NCBI GenBank assembly: GCA_002633005.1
Contig: NMRA01000120.1
Location: 683,940-747,939, forward strand
DNA from: Phoronis australis
Lineage: Eukaryota; Animalia; Phoronida
Reading direction: 5' to 3'
DNA length: 64,000 bases
Shown here: positions 36,981 to 48,400 of the stretch, in pieces
How positions within the stretch are numbered: the first letter of the stretch is position 1
How the letters are laid out: every line of letters begins with the position of its first letter
Notes under the pieces: model-generated
What the model saw: the letters and a program-made list of their open reading frames with translations, nothing else
Database searches by the model: none
Told to the model about the DNA's origin: nothing
Made by a program: the position numbers and the translations under genes

Positions 36981-38650
36981 GTGTCGAACCCGTTCAGTAG
37001 GCAGGGGACTGCAAACCACTCAGGATTTGACAATAACGGTGCAAAGAATGAAGACATTACTGAAGAAGAATTTGTGGTAGCAATTAATAATATGCAAAAT
37101 GGAAAATCTCCTGGTGAGGACGCAGTTCCTGTTGAATTCCTTAAAAGTTCTCAATTGATAAAATCAAGAAATTACATTTTAATTTATTTAATGAAATTTT
37201 GCATACTGTGAAATTCCCAGAAAAGTGGGCTACCGACTTAGTGCTACCATTATTCAAAAAAGGTGATGCATCTGATTCCACCAACTATAGGGGCATTACG
37301 TTATTGAACGTTGTCAGTAAAGTCTTCACTTCAGTTCTAAATAAACGGTTGACTTCATGGGTTGACGAAAATGCATTTCTTGCTGAAAAATAAGCCGGGT
37401 TCAGAAAATACTACTTTATGTTGGTTAACATTTTTATTCTCAAAGGCTTGTCTACTTTTCAGCCCTCTCCTGGCCCCTTGTTCCAGCACCTCAGTGGATC
37501 ACCGGTTACCCGTTCCTGCTTCAACTCCATGTTAACTAAAGTGGTTTCCTTTGTAGGACTCGACACCAAGGCTTATACGTCTCATAGCTTTCGCATTGGC
37601 GCCGCCACCTCTGCGGCCAGCCGTGGCGTCCCTGAACCGGTGATCCAGCGCATGGGGCCCTGGAAATCTGACGCACTAAAAAACTACATTCGCATGTCTG
37701 CTTTTCCTCTTCCCCAGGCTTCTTGAACTCCTGGTGNCCTTAGGGTTTATTTTGCATTACTCATCTCTATTTATAGCCTCTAGGGCCTACTTTTGTATTC
37801 ATACGTTTCTCTACGCGACTCCTGATTGGTCGCCCATATTTCCTTTGTTCTGTTCAACGTGGTCTCTCATTCAGTCACCTACCTCGTCATCTACAAGACC
37901 TACGTTCGTTCTCTTCATTTTTTCCCCACCCCCATTTCCCTCTCGCAGGGCTATTCATTGTACACGCCGGTGGGCGTTTTTTGCATGCCCATCTTGCAGA
38001 GTCTTAGTTAGTTTTATCTATTACGTCATAATAAATGACAATATTTGCAATCCTTCTCTTGTTTTACTCTGCAACATAGCTCGTGGCGTACCCCGGGCAA
38101 AATAGATTACGATAAAAATACTTGTTGAAATCCAAACCATTTTATTGTGCATTTATTGACTTCAGTAAAGCTTTTTATTCTATAAATAGGGATTAACTTT
38201 TTATATCATAATATCGACAGGCACCGTATGTTCTTCTTTTAAAGTGTTATAAAATGTGTATTCATATGTTAAATCAAAAATTAAATGTGACCAAGCGTTA
38301 AAATGCATAACCGGTGACAGACAAGGCTGTATGATTAACCCTATGCTATTTTCATTGTATATTTATGAACTAGCAACTGAAGAACAGACTGGTAGAAACA
38401 GTGGCATACAGGTAAACCAAGATATAGAAAATGTATTCTTGTTACTTTTTGGAGATGATGTCACCTTGGTTGGTGACACTGTAGTGCACCTTCAGAGAAG
38501 GCTTGATTTATCGGAAAATGTTTGTTTAAAACGGAACATGTCAGTGAATGTCGATAAATCAAATACAGTGGTCTTTAATAAAGGTGAGACTCTAAATAAT
38601 AATGTGACGTCAATGTGTGGGTTTTTGGAACGGAAATTCTTTGATTACAT
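36981..38650 (+). mobile_element. Non-LTR retrotransposon reverse transcriptase pseudogene, interrupted by a DIRS fragment
   Basis: RT motifs: KSPGED, PLFKKGD...NYRGITLL...SKVF, AGFR, NIFIL; then after about 38105, AFIDFSKAF, G.RQGC.I.P.LF.LYI and LLFGDD. Confidence 0.9.
37451..38105 (+). mobile_element. DIRS-type tyrosine-recombinase retroelement 3' fragment
   Basis: GPLFQ...YTSHSFRIGAATSAA..G.....IQRMG.WKSDA...YIR (catalytic HxxR...W...Y), followed by a non-coding tail. Confidence 0.85.
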
Positions 38651-39124
38651 GTTGAATTTATGTTGTACATGAAAAAACACATAAAAACCATGCCTTCAGT
38701 GTACAATTTATTAATAAATACCTGTACGCTTATGCTGTTACGAACAATCATTGAGCTGTTTTTTCTCATGCTGTGATAAAGTATTAATTGGGTGGTGCAT
38801 GGTGAGAAGCACGTGGTTTGGAATTTCCAAGCGTAGTTGTCACGTCATTTGATGATTCCAGGATGTGAAACGTGCAGTACTTAATTAACCATAATCTCAT
38901 TGTTTAAAAAACAATGAAACTCCTATTTTCGAAGTTGAGCTCACAATAGTAAGATGTTTCCCAAGACTTCGTGACACACAGCTCTTTGAAATGAACACTG
39001 ATATGTAAAATTTAATGCTGTGACTATGGCTCCCCATTTAATTTTAAAAAACGCATAAAACTCGTCTGAGATGCTAATGCGCAGTTGCAATAATGAGGTA
39101 ATTTTATAGACATATTATACATTA

Positions 39125-40995
39125 TACTGCATTATGAGCCTGATATGGCCAATACAAGCGTTAAACAACCCATATAATTATTCAACGCGCGTTGAAAACA
39201 TTTTGGCGGGAATTCGAGGCCGGTTTCCAACTCGCTCCGTAGTAGTTTAGAGTCGTCGACTTATAAGCCACTTAGCATCTGACGTTATCGAAGGTGAAAA
39301 TAGAATACTTAATGAGCACGCGCAATTATCGCATGTTCAACAAATGGCATTGTAACGACATTTATACGCTATGAAAAATAAGACGCACAATTTCAATAAA
39401 AACGACATCTTTAATTCAGTAAAATTTATCTGTCATTTTCTCTCACTGTAAATCATCGCTCTCCAGTGTCAATGCGGGTAACGTGTCGTCGGGATCCTTT
39501 GACTTGTACATTATATTCAGTAACCATTGGTAACCTACTTTGTCAGATGATATTTTCACGGTGGAAGCTTAGTATGAATAGATGCGTAGTAAGCTAGACT
39601 AGTTTATTAAAAACTATGTTACAGATTTACTTTATTTATATTTTGTTTCAATTTTTATTTGGTTTTAAGCAAAATCATCATTTTAACAGGAAAAACTCGG
39701 CATTTCCTCCGACCCCTGGCCTCTGACCTAACAAAAGCCGAGGCGGGTCGAGAAAGGTGGATCGATTCATTGCAATGTTTATCGTTCTGTATGTGGTATA
39801 AACAGAATATTACATGTTCTCAGTCGTCACCCCCCTTATCTAGAGTCCTCGTGGAATAATCTCCAAAATCCACTCGGGCTCTAGATTACGGGGGATACCG
39901 ACTTCGCCATGTAATGATCTATATTTATAGATAAAATCCTATTCAGTATAGAGCAATACGTTCTCCAATACTGTCGTGATTAGACAGATAATACTGGAAA
40001 CTGACTAGCAAAATATACTTGTGTTGTTAATTATGAGCGTGTTGATATAGCATAAGTAAGAATTATTCCACATTATCAGCCTGACATGGCCAATACAACC
40101 GTTTTAAAAAGCCTACCTTTAACGAAACTTTGTTATTTTAGATGTATTGGGCTAACCTGATAGTCCTAGCAAAGACTTAGTAAAATAAGAAGACGCGAAT
40201 TCAATCACACATATGTAAGCCTGACAAATGATAAACTAAACTGCCTTTTCGCGCCATGTTGTGTCACCGCGAGATCCCAGCACAAGCAACAAAAAGCCGA
40301 TAACAGTTGTTTCAAAGCCGCTCCGCTAAACTTTCGAGTCGTCGACTTAACCACTGCGCCACTCACTCAGAAGCTGATGTCATCGGACGTGAAAATAGAA
40401 TGTTTAAATGACGCGCAACAATCGCATGTTCAACAAACCGCATTGATACGCTATCAAAATTAAGAGGCAACATTTCAATAAAAACGTCATCTTTACTTCA
40501 GTAAAATTTATCTGTCATTTTCTCTCACTTGTAAATATCGATCTGGATGCTGATAGCGTGTCGTCGGGATCCTTTGACTTGGACATTAAACTCAGTAACC
40601 AGTGGTAACCTACTTTAGCAGACATTTTCACGGTGGAAGCTTAGCATGATAAGATGTGTAGTAAGCTAAACTAGTTGCTTAAAACTTCTTTTACAGATTC
40701 ACTTTATTTTGTTTAAATTTTCAATTGATTTTAAATAAAAACCATTATTTTAACAAGAATACCTCGGGGTTTCTTAAAAGACCACGCCCTCTGACACCGG
40801 GCCTCTGACATAGAAAGTAGATACAAAAGCCGAGGCTAATCGAAGAACGTTTATAGTTCAGAATGTGGTATAAATAGATTATTACATGTTCTCAGTCGTT
40901 ATACCCCTAATCTAGAGCCCTCGTGGATTTGGAGAATTATCGCGTTAGCCCCTCTGGTGATAATTCTCCAAAATGCACACGGGCTCTAAATTACA
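39125..40995. repeat. Old diverged tandem duplication (about 39125-39890 and 40068-40995) upstream of gene B
   Basis: Collinear shared blocks (agcctga.atggccaatacaa, cagtaaaatttatctgtcattttctctcact, gtgtcgtcgggatcctttgacttg, attacatgttctcagtcgt) with many substitutions and indels. Confidence 0.85.
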
Positions 40996-41186
40996 GTAAC
41001 TGGTTTTCGGTTGATTTCCGGAACACTGGAGGATCAGGGGCTGTTAGTAAATTAGTAGTTCATTTGCGTATTCACAATTTAATGAGACTATGCATCTTTA
41101 ACTAGAAACAGAAAATAGGCCATATATTATTAATTCATTTTTTGATACAGGGAAATACTTAAACGATTCGTTTGCAAATATTTATG

Positions 41187-41297
41187 TGACTCACGGGATT
41201 TCCCAGTGTTTCGCACTGACTAGGTCTCAATGCGTCTGCCAGTGTCGAGTTGAATTCGTCATTGATAACAAAAAGACGGAAACATGGAAACGAAACT
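41187..41297 (+). promoter_or_regulatory. Gene B upstream AP-1 + kB composite and IRF-like site
   Basis: TGACTCA (41187-41193) sits 1 nt before GGGATTTCCC (41195-41204); GAAACGAAACT at 41287-41297. Confidence 0.5.
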
Positions 41298-41898
41298 AAA
41301 ATTGGAACATGAGCCGTCCAATGTTAAACAGCCAATGTTTATGACGAATACAAAAAATATTAACTGACTATCGCGTGCGACTTCCCGGTACATGGACAGG
41401 AATCCAAGCTGTGTTTTGTAGGTACGAAATACTCACGAGAAAAGCTTCTTATATGTTACCACCTGATTTGCCTGTAATGCATGGCACTATCTCTCGATAA
41501 TATGCGTTTTGCGAGTTTCTTCTTTTCGGAAGATAGCCAATCCAGTAGCAGATAGTAGTACTGTACGTTCACAAAACGTGTGAATTTGTTGTGACTTAAA
41601 TGTTGTTGAAAATTAAATTCATTTTTTTATGTGTCCTTTGTATAAAAAACTTACCTGCTATCAAAAATATAGTTGACGGTACTTTTGTAAATTCAAAGAA
41701 AACAAACAGTATATAAGGGTTTTAACGCTTGCGTAGGGTTTAATTTCTTATATTATTTAAAGAATCATCTGAAAAGAGACGTCAAACTGTAAAGCATTGT
41801 GTGCATACGTAAATCGTTGCTCATTAAGCTTCTTGAAGCGATGACTAAATCATTACGCTTGAGCAGAAGCCTGACGAAAATCGATCATTATAGTGAAT

Positions 41899-41907
41899 TT
41901 CCTAGAA
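41899..41907 (+). promoter_or_regulatory. Gene B proximal STAT (GAS) site TTCCTAGAA
   Basis: TTCN3GAA about 190 nt upstream of the ATG, in a position equivalent to the gene A site. Confidence 0.5.
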
Positions 41908-42093
41908 AATGTTATGTGAGGAATCTTTCATTTTATAGCCGCAGTGAACAGTGGTACAATTGCATATCGCTGTATACTACGCTGGGCCGTAGCACGTGCT
42001 GAGAAGAATCCTTGTTTTTGTAAGGTGCACAATCTCATGGCTATCGAATTGACGAGTGTCCCATGAAGATCACAACGCAAGAACACAGTAACA

Positions 42094-42486
42094 ATGCCAG
42101 AAGAGTCAAAGGAAATCCTGATCCACACGCCAAGCAGTTCGTCAAGCTCAAAACGTGGCTCACACCGTAATACATTTTGGAGCTACGTTTCATACCTACT
42201 GATGTATGTCATTATGGTTTGCAGTGTCAGTTTTAATGGCATTATGTACGCGAAGATAAAAACTTTCAGAAGCGCTTTGCATTCTCTTCAAACTGCTGGC
42301 CTCAAGTATAACAAAGTCGCGGCGCACCCGGTTGTGACGGAACCACAGGTCTGCGTGCCGTGTGATTTGTTTGCTAACAATTCGTTCGCTAAAGAACTCG
42401 AGTTGCAAAACTTCCCGATAGGAGACAGGGATGATTGCTGCAAAAATGCGTCAAACGGAGGAGTAGTAAGGGAACTTATAACAAAG
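42094..42486 (+). CDS. TNFSF10-like: Gene B exon 1 (cytoplasmic tail, TM helix, stalk)
   Basis: MPEESKEILIH...VRELITK followed by donor AAG|GTAAGT, phase 0. Confidence 0.9.
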
Positions 42487-45400
42487 GTAAGTTGTAAGAA
42501 ACGAATCCCTGATTAGTGAACTGAAAGTGGCAGGTAAACATTTGACTTAATTTTAACCCTAGCGACCGTTGACATTACTAGCGTTTTTTGCTGCTAGAGA
42601 AAGTGCTTGCGAAAACGTTTGCGTTTTAGCCAGCATGTGAACCCGGTATCATTAACAATCGTCGCGTTGATATTGTTTAAAAACATACTTGACCACATTC
42701 TTATCCAGTGGATAAGCTTTGGAGTTTTATGTGACGCAGCCCTGATAGTTAATGATTGAGGAATCAAAAGTTCAATTTCTTCTCTTGGTTGCAAATTTCT
42801 CGCTACTATTTGAGTTTGTATTGTCATAAGTTTCACTAAAACATACACGCGTAATTAGGTAGAGCAACGTGTTTCAAAACGATACAGAATTCATTGAATA
42901 CTTAAGAACCCTGCAAGATTTTTGTAGGTGTACGTTCGGTACACAGTTGAGCACAGGTTTTTCCACAATTTTTATCATCATTATTCGTTTCTCAGCGACC
43001 ACAGTTGTACCGTTATGGCCAATAGCTTGTGGTAAAAATATATAGGATTCGTATAAAGTTTCCGGGGTTATACGCACGCTCACGTATACGCTTGCACAAT
43101 GCGTGCACACACAAAACACCAGCCATGTATCATTTATTTGTCCTGACTTTCAATTGGGCTGAAAATACTGGACACGACTTGTTGTTGAAAGATTAGAGTT
43201 TGAAATTAACAACTAGTAGCTGCATTCAAGTGAACCAAAGTTACCCCCGGTGTTGGCCAGTCGTCTCCCGCTTCGACCGTGCATGTTCAATCATTTGAAC
43301 ATGATGATCATGAATTGCATATCCCAAAAATGGTTCCATGGGGCCGATTCCGTAAATTGGTGCAACTGCGAAAACTGACGCGTGAACCTTACTATGCGGG
43401 TTTATACGTTACTTGTACTGGCTTCCCATGAACAACAGAAGCTTCTGTCATACGTCCAAAACATTTGTTTAGTGTTTTTAACTGTGTTGTGTTTGTTCAA
43501 ATAACACCAAGCCGTTTTTGTGTGTGACCAATACATTTACATTTGAAAATTTGTCAATGTAGGACTGTGTAGATCTTTTAAAACATTTTCATGGAGCTCT
43601 ACACTCTTAGTTTTCCTTCAATAGCTCTCAGCATAACAGCAACACCGGGACAGCGACATGGGGAAGGTAAGGATAAACAGGGAAGGAAGGAAAATTAATT
43701 TGAGGGGGAGGGGAAAGAGAAATTGAGTGAAAACTGAAATTTGGAGAGAATTGTGGACGATGGCCCAGTGTTGCGACGAGACAAAGAGATCACGTGGTAC
43801 AATTAAACCAATAATCGTAAAACAAAGAGGGTCACTGACCCGAGAATCCAAACAATATGATAATGAGGAAGAAGCAGTATACATGTACCTTACATAAAAT
43901 AATTTAATACTTAAATTATTTTTATATGCGCTAACTGCGAACCGATACCGAAGCTAGTTTACAGTGAAACAACACGTGTAGATGAGATAAAAGGTCATAT
44001 ATATTATGCCAAACTAAACTGCTACAGATATCGGTAATTACAAAAGTTACATAATATGTTGAACTGTAAAGGTGGGTGACAATCTGCCACAGATGCAGCA
44101 GAAAGATGCATCCGTCCACCCAAGGGAGAGCGAGCGAGGCTGCCAAAAGGGACATAAGAAAAAAGGGGGCAAATGTAAGCACGTAAATAGGAAAATGCAA
44201 ACATAGAGTAGTACAGCTAGGCAGCTTGACAAAACAAAACAAAATTATAGAGCGACACAACAAGGTGTCGAAATCATAGTAACTGAAACCCAGAGGAATA
44301 TAAGTCTAACATGAATAGATAAAAACTAACTTAGGAATATACATAAGGAACATATTAACAAACAAAAAGCACGCTGTCTATATAAGCATAAGTAAACAGA
44401 AACGGTGACACGTACAAATATACATAACAAATAAGTAACAGCAAACGGTGGCACCGTCAAAAGTAAACCTATATAAAGTATGGTAAAAAATGCTAAGTGG
44501 AGAATAACCCATAATAGGGCATGGGGTAAACCAACAAGTATAAAGGGGCGGGAAAGAATGCCCTGGAGGGAGAACCCCGAAAAGTTGAGTGGAAAGGGCA
44601 TGCCAATGAAAATGGAGAATGAGTGAAGTAGGACACTGGCAATACAGGCGCCCTAGGATGATAAATGGGGTGAGTGAAGTAAGCACTGGTAATACAGGTG
44701 CCCATGAACGGGACACTGGCAATACAGTTGCCCCGTGATGAAAAGGGAGTGGTGAGGGAGGGGGGGGGGGGCACNTACAGGCGCCCCCAGGATGAAGAGG
44801 CGGTGTAAGGAGGGGAAGCACTGTCTGTAGAGCTGCCCCTGGGTGGTGGATGATCATGTCAATGAAGGAGTGGGAATATTAGCAGCGGGCAAGTTTAAGG
44901 AGAGACGAATGTAGTTCTTGTGCGCGTCAGACTTCCAGCGACCCATACGTTGAATGGTGGAGTCTGGAATTTGGAGGGTAGCAGCGGAGGTGGCTGCACC
45001 AATACGAAACCTATGAGATTTATAGCGTTGAGGATCGAGACCGACGCACCCGAGTACCAGTTTAAGGTGGCGAGTGAAGTTGAAGAGCTTTTCGCTTGTT
45101 AACTGCCTGAAAAGGAACTCAGAGCTGTTTATTTCCCTGGGACTTTTTTCACTTGCAGCCTTCGCCTTACAATCTTCAAAATACGAATCAACTATTCGTC
45201 AAACGTGTCGTACCGTCCGTTGTGGACTCAGCTCGTTCTCAGTGCTTGGATCCAAGCTACATTAACAAACTGAAGTCTATTGACTAAAATTATTTTAAAC
45301 ATTTTACATACGTACCGAACCTCCGTGCAAATGCAACGTATGTAAATTCCCAAAATGTTACTTTTAACTTCATTTCTATTTTTCATTCAAATCTTTCATC

Positions 45401-48400
45401 GTCTTTGTGAGTATTAAGTTTCATTTTGTGGTATTTATTGTCATATTGTGATTTTTGTTACAGTAGACTTTCATTCCTTTTAATTTTAATTACGATGCTG
45501 TTGTTTTATGTGTAGTTATTACTTGTTATTTGGTATTATTGTTTTGCCTTGTACTGTCATGATATTAGCCGGGACTAGTGCCTTACGGTTGTAAAACTGT
45601 AAACAAAATCACTTGAATTGCGTCACTGTCAGTTGGAGTTCACGCTGTCCCACTCAACGATGAAGTTACGGCGGTACAACACGTCAGGCTAAGCGTTCCT
45701 GTGGTCTGGCACGGTATAACATGGGCGATATTTTTTTAGGTTATGGTAAATATACAGCCGGGTAGGATTGACTTCTTGAAGTTATCAGCTTTGATCAAAG
45801 TTATAAAACAGCAAAATCAACTGTATTTATATTATTTTTTTCAATCACAAACACAAATATTGTTGGTTTCTCGTGATAAAAACGTTAGGACAATAAAAAC
45901 ACAAAAACAATCATGTACGGAAATCGAGTGCTTTTAATGAAAATGATACGAACAGATTTTGAATTGTCTCTTAGGCCATTTTGCATATACATGTATTATT
46001 GCATCAACGTGTTATTATACATCATAAATTTAGATCCACCTGATGCTCTGGCAAATATGCCTTCGTAAAAGAAATCTCATGCTTAAAGTTTATGGCCCAG
46101 GGTAACAAACAGTGTACAAGTCTGCCTCTTTGTGTGTTATAAAGTTTAATTTTGAAGCTTGTATGTCAAGCAGATGTTCTTCATCAGAATAGACAGTGTG
46201 GCCGAGTGGGTCGTGCGTTCGAAGCACAATGGACTCCACTCCTAGACCCCTGAACCGTAGCTCCTCATCTCGGTCCTAATATGCGTATATATCGATATGA
46301 GTAACGTGGATATTAATAAAAATAATAAATGGATTCAAGTATTTGGCGCAATTGTGCCCGGCTAGGCGCTCTGCACATGTTTGATGACACGTGTATCAAA
46401 ACACCTGTGTTAATTTTTATGTTCTTTATATTTTTACAAGGGCATTGAAAGGCAGCTGGAGAAAGAAAGGAAAAGAGGTTCGTCTTTCATAATATAGTGT
46501 TATTGACAGATGCCCGGCAGCTGTGGAACACAAGGCTATGCAAGTTGTGCTTAGATCTGACACGCCTTGAGTTGATTTTAAGCACATAACCGTCAATTAA
46601 CTTGATAAAACATTATTTATGGCAAAGATTGAATATACGCAAGTTATATACGCGTAGATGTTTTTGTACCCGTTACTATTGTGAAAAGTCAACGTTAAAA
46701 CACTATATTTTGAAAACAAATTGATGTTGTGTTGAAAGAGGATTATTCAGTAATACGGGTTGAATAAATTGGTTACGTTAACATTCATTTTAGGGAGATT
46801 TTAAATAAATTAAACCAGAAAGAGTATCTTTAAATGACCTGCAATACTGGAACTGATACGCGGGTCAACCTGTACATGTATTGGCAATAAAGCCAAAACT
46901 GTCATTAACCCGGCTACATTCAAAGAACTTACAGTATTTGATTTGTCACGCGCAGTATCCCAATGAAAATATAATTACTAACACTAGGAATCTTTTCTGG
47001 ACTTGGAAAGAACTGGGTAAAGTTTGTTAGCTGTCTCGCGGCTTCAAAACTCTAAGCCGAAATCAGAATACACTGCAATATCTCGCGTAATCTCGCGAAG
47101 TCTAGATTTTCTAGCGATGTCCTAGCGTTATTGAACTGCGGTTAATTATCCCATTAGACTATGTGCTGTGCATAAAATGACTGATGGGACAGGCCACCTT
47201 ATGCAGCTTGATCTTATGTAATATAGAGCTGTCAGTTCTTACCGAGAACCTTATGCTTGTTCCTCACTGAAGTTAAAAGTGTTTTTTCGGTAAGGAATAA
47301 AGGTCAAGTTCGGTAACACTAGTATAGTGCCTCCTTGTAAATCAAGAGAGATTCCACGAGATATTACCGTTCATCCCACGTGCGTTGAATCTGTCGAGGG
47401 AAATACGGCCATGTAGTAAAGTTTTCCGTATTAACCTCCCGCACTACTTCAACAGTGACCCCTGACATGGAAAGTTCAAAAGATAGGTCAATGTCGACAC
47501 GACGTCTTCAGAACTTTCCGAATATAGTTTAAAGTAACACAATTGCAGCAGTGTAACTTACACTCGACATGCAACCAGGCCCTAAACGTAAAATCTGGAA
47601 CAAAACTGTTAATTATAAGACACTCATTTCTCAGTTTTCAATTGCTGAATATTATATCGTCTGCAACTCAGGCGCCGATTCCTAGGAAATTAAATATCAA
47701 ATGTTGTTTTTTAACTATTTCCAGGAGATGTTACAAGTTCACTGCACAGTTGCCGTTGTTTTCATCTTTGTTACCTCTTTTCAAGAAATAAATCGCTACT
47801 TTTAAAACTGTTTCTTTTACAATAGAAAACTTGCAACCTAACGCGCAAGTACATACATATCGGATGTGATCCGCCATGTGAACAGTCTGTGGGTGAAGCA
47901 TTTCAAAAATCTGTCGAAAAAATGTAAGAAACTTAGGGATTCGAAGGGCATGGGATAAATACAAAACGTACCTCGATTGGCGTACATGAAGTAATATCCC
48001 ACTCGACCTTATTCCGCGGAATAGTTCCGTGAGATATAACTTTATGTACGCCACTCTCGGTACGTTTTGTGTATGTATTTTCAATGAGACCACGTAGCAC
48101 GTAGCACGTTATTTTGGTTGGATTTTTTTCTCGCCGTCAGACAGTTATTGAACTCTACCTAGTTTTGTAACAGTAAGTGGATTAAATCGAACGTTTGTTT
48201 TTTATTGAAGGCGGGTTAGTGACAGCTGCTACTTCTATACATTGTTATCTTTTGCTGAACTACTGCACCTGAGAATCGTAATACGTGACTCTAGATAAGG
48301 GATTTAACTTACCATAAGCGTCCTTCTGCTGTTTATGCAAAATTGCAGATAAGATTAAGTTCAAAGTAATGTATCTTAATTTCAAGTCAGTTTGAAGAAC

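Noticed and set aside
37418-37726. Tyrosine recombinase read as a phage/integron integrase or bacterial contamination
   Set aside because: The SHSFRIGAAT...GRWKS signature and eukaryotic TE context indicate a DIRS-type retroelement; only the C-terminus is present.
42064-42066. In-frame TGA upstream of gene B read as selenocysteine
   Set aside because: There is no aligned Cys in gene A and I recognised no SECIS element; the extension is not conserved between the paralogs.
44620-44850. Repeat-spacer pattern read as a CRISPR-like array
   Set aside because: The repeats are degenerate, the spacing is irregular, the spacers are low-complexity, there are no cas genes, and the context is eukaryotic.
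46192-46280. tRNA-like start GACAGTGTGGCCGAGTGG
   Set aside because: Only an A-box-like stretch is present; I could not build a cloverleaf or a correctly spaced T-arm. At most a SINE relic.
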